Below are positions 33,424 through 42,335 of a DNA stretch of 64,000 bases, piece by piece. The notes under the pieces were generated by a model. It had not been told where the DNA came from and ran no database searches. It was given only the letters and a program-made list of their open reading frames with translations. Made by a program: the position numbers and the translations under genes. Source of the stretch: an archaeon (lineage in GTDB: Archaea > SpSt-1190 > DYHY01); contig JBBIPP010000004.1 in assembly GCA_037442745.1 (NCBI GenBank), forward strand, positions 16,027 through 80,026, written 5' to 3'. Each line of letters starts with the position of its first letter. Within the stretch, counting starts at the first letter, position 1.

Positions 33424-33966
33424 ATGGCAAAACCTGAAAACGCACGTGAGTTGTGGGGGGAAATGTTCGTTAACAATGAGGGTATAATTAAGAGGTATGT
33501 AAATGATCTTGCAAACTCAGCCAAAGAGTTTCCTTATTATGGAGGTTTGGCGGGATTTTTGGGAGAAGGCGCTTCAAGAATAGGCAAGGCAGTAAGTTCT
33601 TATGCAAGAGGTCCTGTGGCAGCTAAAAAGCCGGCAGAAGGGCCGGCAGAAGGGCCGGCAGAAGGGCCGGCAGAAGGGCCGGCAAAAACCGATGACGGCC
33701 CAGGCGGAGACGTGAAGACTCTCGGCTATAAGGAGATACTTAATCGCCTTGAGGAACTTGCGAGGGGGCAACAGAATTCTCCTTCCATCCCGTTCACTGC
33801 GAAAACTCCCGCTAGTTCGCTCTACAAACCCCAACCGAATGAACCTTCAAAGCTAAATAAGGGACTGGAATATCTGGCGTTTGTTCTTGGCCCGGACTTT
33901 GAAAGTTATGTTCCCCAGCTAAATGATCTCGGAGCACGTGGAGTTATAAAGACGTACCCAATCTAA
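33424..33966 (+). CDS. Soluble hypothetical protein with (PAEG)4 repeat, last gene of the plus arm
   Basis: 180-aa ORF with no TM segment, preceded by a 130-bp AT-rich spacer containing TTTAAAAG. Central AEGPAEGPAEGPAEGPAK. Confidence 0.6.
   Translation: MAKPENARELWGEMFVNNEGIIKRYVNDLANSAKEFPYYGGLAGFLGEGASRIGKAVSSYARGPVAAKKPAEGPAEGPAEGPAEGPAKTDDGPGGDVKTLGYKEILNRLEELARGQQNSPSIPFTAKTPASSLYKPQPNEPSKLNKGLEYLAFVLGPDFESYVPQLNDLGARGVIKTYPI
33631..33684. repeat. Perfect 12-bp tandem repeat (CCGGCAGAAGGG) x4 plus a partial copy, in frame
   Basis: Direct reading. It encodes PAEG x4. Confidence 0.95.
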
Positions 33967-33972
33967 ATTTCA

Positions 33973-34296
33973 TCAATCCAAGAAAAACGGGATGGAAGAA
34001 ATCTCCCCTCCCGCCCGCCTTTTCTTTTCAATTGTGAATGTTCCTAGAAATTCTTCCGGAACCCGGAACTTACCGAAATGCAGGCCCGAATCAACATATC
34101 CCCAAGAAATTATCGCCGCTTCGAACGCCTCGACAAATTTTCCCTCTTTCAGGAAATGTTTTGCGTCCGAAAAATAGGACTTGGCCAGAAGAAGAACTTG
34201 TCTTGTCTCTTCGGACTCCTCAACAATTTCAACCTTTTCAATGAACGAGCCAGTCCGTTCAACTTCTCGCCGGGCAACCTTTTCCATCCTGTTCAT
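33973..34296 (-). CDS. DUF357-like small helical protein
   Basis: 107-aa ORF. AKSYFSDAKHFLKEGKFVEAFEAAIISWGYVDSGLHFG resembles the conserved archaeal DUF357 helix pair. One nt separates it from dphB. Confidence 0.55.
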   Translation of the reverse strand: MNRMEKVARREVERTGSFIEKVEIVEESEETRQVLLLAKSYFSDAKHFLKEGKFVEAFEAAIISWGYVDSGLHFGKFRVPEEFLGTFTIEKKRRAGGEISSIPFFLD

Positions 34297-34297
34297 T

Positions 34298-34999
34298 CTA
34301 ATCGAACCTGAACCATTTGAGGAAAGCCTCCTCAGTGAAATGGAGCTTTGCCGGAATTACCAAGCAGTGGGGAGCCTTCCCGAACTCGAGTGCTTCCAAT
34401 TTTTCGGCTTCCCCCCAGGCAATTTTCATGTCGGGCCTGTTCGCACGGGAGAGGACAACGAACTCCGGGAAGAACGCTTTCAGGTGCCTTATTGCTTCCT
34501 TCGGATTCATTCCAATATCAAGAAGAACGAGCGTGTGGAGGTCTGCCGAGAGGTTCTTCTTCGTGTATTCGACAACTGAAGGGAATTCTCCAAATGATGG
34601 GAGGGAGACAGTCCGGCCGAACTTGTAAAGCTGGAGGCCCGTCTTTCCGACTGCAGTGAAAATCGATGGCGCAGAGACAATCTCGCATTGGACGCCCTTC
34701 TCCCTCGCCTCTTCAATCAATGCAAGATGGGTTGTCGCGGCAAGAGGGTCTCCGGAAACTAGTATTGCCACTTTCTGCCCAAGAGCCTTTTCAATCAATT
34801 CGGCAGAATTGTTCTCGAAATCCTCCCGTTTTGCCCTTAAAAATTCCCGCCCCGTGACTTTCTCAAGATAGGCAATCTGAACCGGGGAAATTGTGTTTGT
34901 ATAGTCCTCAAGATAGACAATATCCGCCGACTTTACTTCGTTTACCCCTTTGAGTGTTATTTCCGACACATCAAGCCCAAGACCTATCAGGACAAGCAT
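34298..34999 (-). CDS. dphB: Diphthine synthase (tetrapyrrole-methylase fold)
   Basis: 233-aa ORF. MLVLIGLGL...ITLKG...ADIVYLEDYTN...LVSGDPLAATTH. Confidence 0.85.
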   Translation of the reverse strand: MLVLIGLGLDVSEITLKGVNEVKSADIVYLEDYTNTISPVQIAYLEKVTGREFLRAKREDFENNSAELIEKALGQKVAILVSGDPLAATTHLALIEEAREKGVQCEIVSAPSIFTAVGKTGLQLYKFGRTVSLPSFGEFPSVVEYTKKNLSADLHTLVLLDIGMNPKEAIRHLKAFFPEFVVLSRANRPDMKIAWGEAEKLEALEFGKAPHCLVIPAKLHFTEEAFLKWFRFD

Positions 35000-35045
35000 T
35001 TTTCGAAACCTCGCAAGGTTTCCTGAATTTAATCTTTAAAAACAA

Positions 35046-36104
35046 TTGTCTGCAATTTGTTCTGTGCAGAAAAAAAAGGAAAATTCGAAAAGCCCAGCAA
35101 CAGGCTCAGCCACCGGCCTCGCAGTCCGGGCGAAGCGGGCTCTCGCCGAAAAGACCCGAAAAAGCCTCTCTGACGGAGGCCTTATTGACAATGGAAGGCA
35201 AATTGTTCCGGACGGGGAATTTATTCTGATTCCAGTTCTCGGGGGAAAAAAAGGTCTTGATATTGTGGAGCGGGACCTTCCCCTTCAGGCGCCCCACAGC
35301 CAGTCCCTGGAAAAGCTTCTTTCCGGAATAATGCCCAAGGGAAAAAAGTTTTCGAAATCATTCGACATTGTCGGAACTGTCGGAATACTGGACGTTCCCT
35401 CGCTCCCAAGAGAGAGCCAGAAATTCGCCGCACTCGCCCTGAAAAAAGTCTATCCTAATCTCGCCTGCATTTCGACAAGGGCTGGGATAATTGAGGACGA
35501 ATTCCGCGTCCGGCCCCTGAAGAAAATCTGGGGCGCCAAAATGGAAACAATCCATAACGAGAACGGCGTTCGCCTTAAATTGGACCCGTCGAAAGTCTAT
35601 TTCTCCCCGAGGCAGGCATCTGAAAGAAAAAGAATCTCCTCTCTTATCGGAAAAAACGAGACAATCCTTGTAATGTTCGCCGGATGCGGTCCCTATTCAA
35701 TCCTTATTGCAAAGGAGCATCCGGACTGCTTTGTATATTCAATTGAAAAGAACCCCAAAGGCGCGAAATACCTGAAGGAGAACATAAAATTGAACAAGCT
35801 TTCCCTTAATTCCGAGGCAATCTCGGGCGATGTTCGGAAAATTGTCCCGAATCTTGCGAAGAGAGGGCTTATTTTCGACAGAATTCTCATGCCACTTCCG
35901 AAGTGTGCGGATAACTTCCTTGACCTAATCCCTCTGATTTCCAAAAAGGGAACGTTTCTCCATTTCTATTCGTTCGGGCGCGACTTTTCAGACACCGAAA
36001 AAACAATTGCTGAAAGGCTTCCTAGCGCAAGAATTATGAACGCCCGGAGGTGCGGGGACATTGCTCCGGGCAAGTTCAGGCTTGTCTTTGACGTTGTGCT
36101 CTGA
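35046..36104 (+). CDS. trm5: tRNA (guanine37-N1)-methyltransferase Trm5 family
   Basis: 352-aa ORF (TTG start in the track). SAM motif VLVMFAGCGPYSILIA and catalytic-loop equivalent DRILMPLP. Confidence 0.8.
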   Translation: MSAICSVQKKKENSKSPATGSATGLAVRAKRALAEKTRKSLSDGGLIDNGRQIVPDGEFILIPVLGGKKGLDIVERDLPLQAPHSQSLEKLLSGIMPKGKKFSKSFDIVGTVGILDVPSLPRESQKFAALALKKVYPNLACISTRAGIIEDEFRVRPLKKIWGAKMETIHNENGVRLKLDPSKVYFSPRQASERKRISSLIGKNETILVMFAGCGPYSILIAKEHPDCFVYSIEKNPKGAKYLKENIKLNKLSLNSEAISGDVRKIVPNLAKRGLIFDRILMPLPKCADNFLDLIPLISKKGTFLHFYSFGRDFSDTEKTIAERLPSARIMNARRCGDIAPGKFRLVFDVVL

Positions 36105-36207
36105 TAAGAGGCCTGTTTTCAGGTGGTCAGGAGGAACTAGGAACTGGGGGGCGGAGAACGCCCCGCGGTTTGGGCTCTTGGCAAGTTCAGGCTTGTCTTT
36201 GACATTG
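36069..36207. repeat. Direct repeat of the trm5 3' end (GGCAAGTTCAGGCTTGTCTTTGAC at 36069-36092 and 36180-36203)
   Basis: 24/24 identical, and 27/28 if extended. The second copy lies in the non-coding spacer after trm5. Confidence 0.9.
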
Positions 36208-36309
36208 AACTCCAACTCCAAGAAATTCGGCTGGAGCGAGCAAGAAAACCGCTAAAAATTCTTTTGGGAAGCAAAGAATTATATAACTTCAAATGGCTCG
36301 GCCCTCATT

Positions 36310-38328
36310 GTGGTTGGCCTGATTAGGAAATGGACTTCGCTTGCGTTTTTTTTGGCAGTCGGGCTTGTCGTCGTGGCAGTTATTGCCGCTTTCCTTTTCG
36401 CTCAGAACGGAAAAACGCCCTCCCCAGCTCAGGAATCAGTAAAAGTCTACTGGTTCATTCCTGACGGGCTCCGGGCAGACCCATACAAGTTCAAAATGTT
36501 CGAATGGGCGGACGAAGGAAAACTCCCGAACATAAAATGGATGATGGATAACGGAGCATATGGCTATTCAATTCCGGATTTCCCGTCCCACACTCCGGTG
36601 AATTTCGCAACTCTCCTGACAGGAGCGCATCCGGAAGTCCACGGGATTGCCGACGGGCCGATGCATGTCGAAGGTTACCCCCTTGACAAGCCGGCGGTTG
36701 CTGGGTTCTCGTCTTCCGCGAAAAAGGTTGCGCCAATTTGGACGCTCTTTGAGAATGCTGGGAAAAAGGTTGCAATCCTCTCCGTCCCGGGGTCAACGCC
36801 CCCAGAGATAAATGAAGGAATAGTCATACGTGGGCGGTGGGGCGGATGGGGGGCCGACACACCCGCACTAAACTTCGAGTCAGCTGAGAAGCTCGAGGAA
36901 CGGAAAAAATACGGCCGGGCTTTTCGGCTTTTCTACCTTGGTTCGCCATTGACAATATTCGTGAAAGGCAAGGTGTCTGAGAATCCAGCCAAGCAAAGCT
37001 ACCTTCCCGAAATACATGTTGCGCTTCCGGCATACGGAAAGAATTTCTCCGCAATCCTCTCAGGGGAAGAGAAGTCCGGCTATTCCTCGGCGTCATTTTA
37101 TTTCGACGGAAATCTTGTGACAACGCTCGAGCAAGGAGAGACTAGCGAGTGGTTTCCTGTGAACCTCACCTGGAACAACCTTACATTTCTTTCAGAAGTG
37201 AGGTTTACCCTGATAAAGCTGGAAGAAAACGGCCTATTTAGGATTAGGCTGTTCTTCAACAACATAAACGAACTTATAGTGTTTCCTTCGTCAGTAGCTA
37301 GGGAAATCACCGATGCAATAGGCCCTTCGGTCGATTTTGTCGACAACTGGCCGAACCAGCTTTCGTTCGAGCCCGAGGACAAGAAGGTGTTTTTCGACGA
37401 AGCAATGGATTCATTGGAATGGCACAGGAAGGCTGCAGGATTCATTTTCGATAAATACTCTCCAGACCTATTTGTACACGACACTTACACTCCTAACCAG
37501 TTCTTGGAAGCCCGCTGGTGGCACAGGCATGTTGATGAGAACAGCCCGGACTTTTCAGGTGAAACTGATAGCGAGGCATGGAGCGAGATTCTCACAATGT
37601 ACAAGGGCGTTGATTCAATAATAGGGGAAATTAGGCAAAAGGCCGGAAGCGACACGATAATAATCCTGTCCTCGGACCACGGCGTCGCGCCCCTGTACAG
37701 GCAGGTGAAACTCAACAACCTGTTCAGGGAAAAGGGGTGGCTTTTTTACACTAACGACGAAAAGACTGGCGAGCCGAAAATAGACTGGAACAGGAGCAAG
37801 GTGATTTTCCTTAAAATGAACCACGTGTATGTCAACCCTTCTGGCCTAGGTGGAAATTACAGGCGCGCGAACGGGACGGAATATTATGCTCTTAGGCAGG
37901 AAGTTATTGACGCTATGCTAGCTCTTGAGGATTCAGATGGTTCCCGCCCGATATTTGCAGTCTCTCCAGGAGATCTCTATGAGAAGGTTATTGGGTTTGA
38001 GTCAGCATCCTCAGAGTTCTCGCTTCCGGCGGACCGCGTCGGCGACCTCGTTTTCCAGCAGAAGATTGGCTACCAGACTGTCGAAGAGATGGATTACGGG
38101 GATATTTTCATCAATCCTCTCTCCTCAGGATACAAGCAGGCGATTGACCCGAAAAACGAGAGTATGTGGACTCCTTTCGTGATTGTTGGCCCCGGAATAA
38201 GAAAGGGCGTCTTCATAGAAAACCCGATAGACCACGTTGACCAGATGCCAACAATACTGAACCTCACGCGGATGCCTATTCCGGAATACGTTCAGGGAAG
38301 GGTTCTAGTCGAAATATTGGCCAATTGA
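36310..38328 (+). CDS. Membrane-anchored alkaline-phosphatase-superfamily enzyme (type I phosphodiesterase / nucleotide pyrophosphatase-like)
   Basis: 672-aa ORF. N-terminal TM, WFIPDGLRAD, PDFPSHTPVNFATLLTGAHPEVHGI, LSSDHG. TATA-like AATTATATAA lies about 28 nt upstream. Confidence 0.8.
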   Translation: MVGLIRKWTSLAFFLAVGLVVVAVIAAFLFAQNGKTPSPAQESVKVYWFIPDGLRADPYKFKMFEWADEGKLPNIKWMMDNGAYGYSIPDFPSHTPVNFATLLTGAHPEVHGIADGPMHVEGYPLDKPAVAGFSSSAKKVAPIWTLFENAGKKVAILSVPGSTPPEINEGIVIRGRWGGWGADTPALNFESAEKLEERKKYGRAFRLFYLGSPLTIFVKGKVSENPAKQSYLPEIHVALPAYGKNFSAILSGEEKSGYSSASFYFDGNLVTTLEQGETSEWFPVNLTWNNLTFLSEVRFTLIKLEENGLFRIRLFFNNINELIVFPSSVAREITDAIGPSVDFVDNWPNQLSFEPEDKKVFFDEAMDSLEWHRKAAGFIFDKYSPDLFVHDTYTPNQFLEARWWHRHVDENSPDFSGETDSEAWSEILTMYKGVDSIIGEIRQKAGSDTIIILSSDHGVAPLYRQVKLNNLFREKGWLFYTNDEKTGEPKIDWNRSKVIFLKMNHVYVNPSGLGGNYRRANGTEYYALRQEVIDAMLALEDSDGSRPIFAVSPGDLYEKVIGFESASSEFSLPADRVGDLVFQQKIGYQTVEEMDYGDIFINPLSSGYKQAIDPKNESMWTPFVIVGPGIRKGVFIENPIDHVDQMPTILNLTRMPIPEYVQGRVLVEILAN

Positions 38329-39009
38329 TTTTTCGGCGCATACTTTCTCGAGTATTTCCTTCAAATCAGGCGCCTTCCCGACGCCCCAGTCGGAAGTCTC
38401 TGAAAAAAACTGTATTTCCTCGAGGAATCGGCCGCCTTTGCAGTATTTCAATACATAGATTGAATGGTATTTAACGAGATCATTCGAACATACCCCATAG
38501 TTCCTGCGTTCCCCTGCCGGAAGGTAGTATGCCTTGCCGAGGCCGTCGGGATATTCGAAGGTTTCGGGGAGGAATTCCAGAGGGCACTCTATTTTTTGTG
38601 TTAGCTCCCCCGGATAAGGAGAGGGGATTTCTATGAAAATTGAATCCAAAAGGGCTGTGCGGGTAATTATTGCTTTGCGGGCTTCCTCCTTTCCGACAGG
38701 GAAATAGGAAAACTCCTTGAAGCTTGTTCCGACATCGGAGTTTTCCAGTATTCCCTCTCTTCTGATTGAAAGGATGTTTCCAAAAGTTACGCTAGTGTTT
38801 ATTGAGTAAGTTCCTCTGTATGAGATGAATGCGTCCGAGACAGTCTTGCCATGGGAGCTCACCGGGCCGAACATGCCTGCGACAATTAGGCCGGCAAGCA
38901 GAGCGAGGAACGAGACGCCCGCAATAATCCGAAGAGACTTTCCAAGATTTTTCGACTTGCAACCGGCCTCCATTTCAGCATGTTGTTTGTGTTTTTCCGC
39001 CATACGCAT
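38305..39009 (-). CDS. Hypothetical N-terminally anchored/secreted protein
   Basis: 234-aa ORF with a single N-terminal TM (IIAGVSFLALLAGLIVAGMF) and several Cys. Convergent 24-nt overlap with the phosphodiesterase gene. Confidence 0.55.
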   Translation of the reverse strand: MRMAEKHKQHAEMEAGCKSKNLGKSLRIIAGVSFLALLAGLIVAGMFGPVSSHGKTVSDAFISYRGTYSINTSVTFGNILSIRREGILENSDVGTSFKEFSYFPVGKEEARKAIITRTALLDSIFIEIPSPYPGELTQKIECPLEFLPETFEYPDGLGKAYYLPAGERRNYGVCSNDLVKYHSIYVLKYCKGGRFLEEIQFFSETSDWGVGKAPDLKEILEKVCAEKSIGQYFD

Positions 39010-39056
39010 TCAGCTGTCCTGTATTCAGAGGACTGAAATTCCCTTGCCTCCGAGCC

Positions 39057-39461
39057 CTATCCTGAAATATGCTTCATTTCCAGACGGTTTTTTTCAAAGG
39101 CCTTCCTCCAGATGAACTCCGCTTCCGCAGCGGTTTTCCCGAAGCTATCGGAGAAAAGCCCGGCTGCTCTACCTTCAATGAGCGGGCTTTCGAGGATGTG
39201 CTTCAGCCCAATTGAGCTAAAAGCCCCCATTCGGATTTCCGGTCGCCTCCCCGGGAAATTGATTATGAGAGGTATTCTGAATACCTCCTTGGAAACAATT
39301 CCGTGGCCGAAGCTCGATTTGCAGAATAAATGCTTTTCTCCTAATTCGGCCGACAGGGCAGTGTTGAGGCATCCTACTTGCGCAATTGTCTGTTGATTGG
39401 CATGAAGAGGTCTAAGACTTTTCCTGTCTGTAATGACAATCAGCAGAAAGAACAGGTACAT
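39057..39461 (-). pseudogene. Possible C-terminal fragment of a sulfatase / alkaline-phosphatase-superfamily gene
   Basis: KSSFGHGIVSKEVFRIPLIINFPGRRPE resembles the sulfatase segment (GeHG...vPlii..PG). The N-terminal two thirds of such an enzyme are absent. A weak call. Confidence 0.35.
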
Positions 39462-39636
39462 TTAGGAGGGCGAGCAATCAGGCGAGATCTCTCCCTACGA
39501 AAGGAAGAGGGTGTCTGTGCTGCTGCACGGACTTTGTTTCGTTCCCTCGGCAGGAGGAGGTCGGAGAGTTAGCGGATATCTCCGAACTGCACTTGCGCAG
39601 GATAAACTTGGCAGTCAATCCAAAATAGTGCGCAAG

Positions 39637-39720
39637 TGCAGGAGGAGGGATTCGAACCCACGAAGGCACTAAGCCACATGGACCTCAACCATGCCCCTTT
39701 GACCGCTTGGGTACCCCTGC
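39637..39720 (-). tRNA. tRNA-Leu (anticodon GAG), long variable arm, no encoded CCA
   Basis: Hand fold: acceptor GCAGGGG/CUCCUGC (one G-U), D arm CCC-AAGCGGUCAAA-GGG, anticodon arm CAUGG-UUGAGGU-CCAUG, 15-nt variable arm, T arm GUGGG-UUCGAAU-CCCUC (one U-U mismatch), discriminator A. Confidence 0.85.
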
Positions 39721-40020
39721 GTATATGTTTGGCGGTTTTGAGGGAAATATCCGTCCCTTTTAATAGTTTTTTCTCTTGGAAACTGTGAGATTTTTCCTCT
39801 CTTTTCAATCTTTCTGGAATTCGGGAATCTCTTCGCTTCGGATGCCTACAACTTATTCTTTCCCGAATATCCTCTCAACCCAACTCTCTTTTGAGAATGC
39901 CAGAATGACGGCCCTTGGATTTTCCAGCTCATCGTCAATTTTGTTGCCTTTATCCTTCATCCTCGCATATGAGTCTGCCTGAGCTTCTCCGTCAAATTTT
40001 CGCTCATTTTCCTCAGACGC

Positions 40021-40842
40021 CTACTTACCAGAAAAAAGGTGCTTTCTTTTCGGGCATATTTCCTGATATTCGCAGTATTCGCACAGCTTGCTCTCGTGCG
40101 CCGGAAACTCCTTTGCGCCCCTTATTTTTTCAACAAGCTCTGCAGTCCGTTTTCCGAGCTCCCTAAGTTCCCTGTCAGTCCTCTCGGAGCGAAGCTCTTT
40201 TCCGAAAACGAGGAAATGCCAGACAAGCCTGACTTTTTTCGCGTCCGGATACTGCCGCTTGACTGCCATGGCATAGAGCGCTAGTTGCCTGTCCGAATCC
40301 AATTCCTTCTGGCTCTTCAGCCGGCTGTTCGTTTTGTAGTCGTGTATTTCGTAAATGCCCTCTCCTCTGGAAGAAAGCCTGTCAATATAGCCGATTAGCC
40401 TCTCCCCTCCCGGAAGAAGGACAATTACCTTCGCTTCAAGGCCGATTGTTGTCCCTTCATTGTTGAATGGGGAATGCTCCGAATAATAGTCCCTAATACC
40501 CCGCTCACCGAGCGCCCTGTAGCTCTCAACCGAGAGGCAATCTCCCTCTTTTGCAACAAATAGTTCCTCTCCTGCATTTTCAATTTCCGAAAGAGAGGAG
40601 GTCCAGATTTTGTTGTAATACCCGGCTAGCTCTTCCAGGGAAAGGAGGCGCCCGATCTGGAGCGTTTTGTAGAGATGCTTCAATGCCTCGTGGACGCGCT
40701 TTCCCATGAACTGCTCAATTGTTTCCGATACTTCTACTTGCACCTTGTCAATATACCTGAACTTGAACTTTAGGGGGCAGGACTCGTATGTGGAAATCCG
40801 CGAATTGGAGAAAAGCGTCCAACGGGATTTTTGCTCAGCCAT
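40021..40842 (-). CDS. Cas4/RecB-like PD-(D/E)XK exonuclease with 4-Cys cluster (stand-alone, no CRISPR nearby)
   Basis: 273-aa ORF. N-terminal Cys (YESCPLKFKFRY), nuclease core IDRL...EIHDYKT, C-terminal CEYCEYQEIC. Confidence 0.75.
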   Translation of the reverse strand: MAEQKSRWTLFSNSRISTYESCPLKFKFRYIDKVQVEVSETIEQFMGKRVHEALKHLYKTLQIGRLLSLEELAGYYNKIWTSSLSEIENAGEELFVAKEGDCLSVESYRALGERGIRDYYSEHSPFNNEGTTIGLEAKVIVLLPGGERLIGYIDRLSSRGEGIYEIHDYKTNSRLKSQKELDSDRQLALYAMAVKRQYPDAKKVRLVWHFLVFGKELRSERTDRELRELGKRTAELVEKIRGAKEFPAHESKLCEYCEYQEICPKRKHLFSGK

Positions 40843-40849
40843 TTGGGAC

Positions 40850-42196
40850 TTATTCTACCTTTTCAATTTCATCAGGTGTGGCAACGCTCTCCTTGACTTC
40901 GTCAAGCCTTTCCTGCCTTGTCTTGTCTTTTGCAATTTGCTGTTTTTTCTGCTGTTCCGAGGGCTTTCCTTTGGAATCAGCAGGTCCGGGTTTCCTCTTG
41001 AATTTCTTTGAGATTATTATCCCTCCGACAACTCCCGCTCCTAGAAACAGGCCGACCAATCCCCACATTCCCATTTTCTTCAGACAATCGTTTGAGCATT
41101 CCCCGAGCTTTGTTTCGCATCTGGTCACCTGCTCCTGCATTGTTGTTTTGGTGTCAGAGAGAGCCTTTTCATATGATGCGGTCGTGTTTGCGAGGTCGCT
41201 TTTGAGCTTACTGGCTTCGGAAAACCATGTTCTGTTCCCTTGGTCGAGCGCAATGTTCTTCGACTGCAGATCAAGGACCTTTAGAGCAAGTTCGGAATCG
41301 CTCTTTAGTGTGATCTCCCGGTTTCCGGTGTCCGAAAGCCAGTTGATTATTGCTAGCCCGAACTTGTCGTTGTTTATTGTCTCGTTGAAATAGTCCCGGT
41401 CATATATGTTGGCGTCGGAGAGTATGTCAAAATCGGATATTACGACTACGGCTCCGCTTCCGAAAAATGCCCGCGCCGCAATCGGTGGTTCGCTTCCCAC
41501 AGGAAATGTCCCGGTTTCAGTGTAGGAAAGGTTGCTTCCGGTCGCAATTACCTTCGTTTTTCCGATTGGGGAATTCACTCTCACTGACTCGACAAAAAGG
41601 GGGTGCGCCTTGTATACTGCAATTTTGTTGACATCCGAGAGGCTTATGCCTTGTGGGTCTGTTTTGTCGGGAAAGTTCCTGACAAGGGCATAATATTTTC
41701 TGTCCTCAACGGGAATTGCGACCCCGTCCGGCCCAGTCTCGTTGAAAGGGAAATTGGCAGTGTCGACAAGCCAAGTTGTCCTCTTGTCCATCAATATTCC
41801 GTAGATTTGCCCTAGATTGTTGACTCCCTCCGGCTCGTCCCCGTTAATCAGGAGGCCTCCCCCCCTCACCCCTACATACCATCTGAGAGCAAGGATTTCT
41901 TCAGTGTCAAGAGCCTTGTTTAGCCCCTGCATTATCACGACATCATAATCGACAAGCTTTTCTTGGGTTAGTTTGACGTCAGAACTGCTGATTGAAGCAG
42001 TCGAATATCCAGCCCCCTGGAGGAGCGCGTTGAAGCGGGTGTATCCGCTCGATGTTATTCTCATTGTTGTCGCTGCTTGGACCTCATAGAAGAGGACCTT
42101 TTTTCCGCCTGTCGAGAATCCCGGAAGAACTAGGATAATTGCGAAAATAACTGCGAAAACAAAAGCAACCTTGAAATTTCCTTTTCCTAATGACAT
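40850..42196 (-). CDS. Surface protein: signal/anchor, globular ectodomain (DUF4350/GldG-like impression), helical stalk, C-terminal TM, basic tail
   Basis: 448-aa ORF. N-terminal hydrophobic VAFVFAVIFAIILVLPG, DVVIMQGLNKALDTEEILALRWYVGVRGGGLLINGD, C-terminal MWGLVGLFLGAGVVGGIIISKKFKRK. Confidence 0.65.
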   Translation of the reverse strand: MSLGKGNFKVAFVFAVIFAIILVLPGFSTGGKKVLFYEVQAATTMRITSSGYTRFNALLQGAGYSTASISSSDVKLTQEKLVDYDVVIMQGLNKALDTEEILALRWYVGVRGGGLLINGDEPEGVNNLGQIYGILMDKRTTWLVDTANFPFNETGPDGVAIPVEDRKYYALVRNFPDKTDPQGISLSDVNKIAVYKAHPLFVESVRVNSPIGKTKVIATGSNLSYTETGTFPVGSEPPIAARAFFGSGAVVVISDFDILSDANIYDRDYFNETINNDKFGLAIINWLSDTGNREITLKSDSELALKVLDLQSKNIALDQGNRTWFSEASKLKSDLANTTASYEKALSDTKTTMQEQVTRCETKLGECSNDCLKKMGMWGLVGLFLGAGVVGGIIISKKFKRKPGPADSKGKPSEQQKKQQIAKDKTRQERLDEVKESVATPDEIEKVE

Positions 42197-42335
42197 TGGG
42201 GCTTATTTTCCCCGCCAATATTAAAGAATTTCTGGGAAATTTCGGATTATTCCCCTTCAAAATGCTCCGTTTTGCGGAAGGAGCGTTTGAACTGCTCAAT
42301 GTGGAAATTGTTAAATATCCCCAAAAAAGGCAATA

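Noticed and set aside
25063-33966. Calling the membrane locus a type IV secretion/conjugation (or Ced-like DNA import) system
   Set aside because: Only the overall layout of the 632-aa protein is suggestive. No VirB4/VirD4/CedB-type ATPase, relaxase, pilin or integrase is in the window. The idea is kept as a hypothesis to test, not as an annotation.
36310-39720. Integrated mobile element next to tRNA-Leu
   Set aside because: No integrase, no att-like duplication of the tRNA 3' end was seen, and the genes present are ordinary envelope enzymes. Only a weak remnant signal remains, and it is reported separately at low interest.
39837-40023. Roughly 60-codon open frame continuing after the TAG stop of the Cas4-like gene
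   Set aside because: Cas4-family proteins normally end just after the C-terminal Cys cluster, as here. The extension has no start codon or motif, and an open stretch of this length is not improbable by chance.
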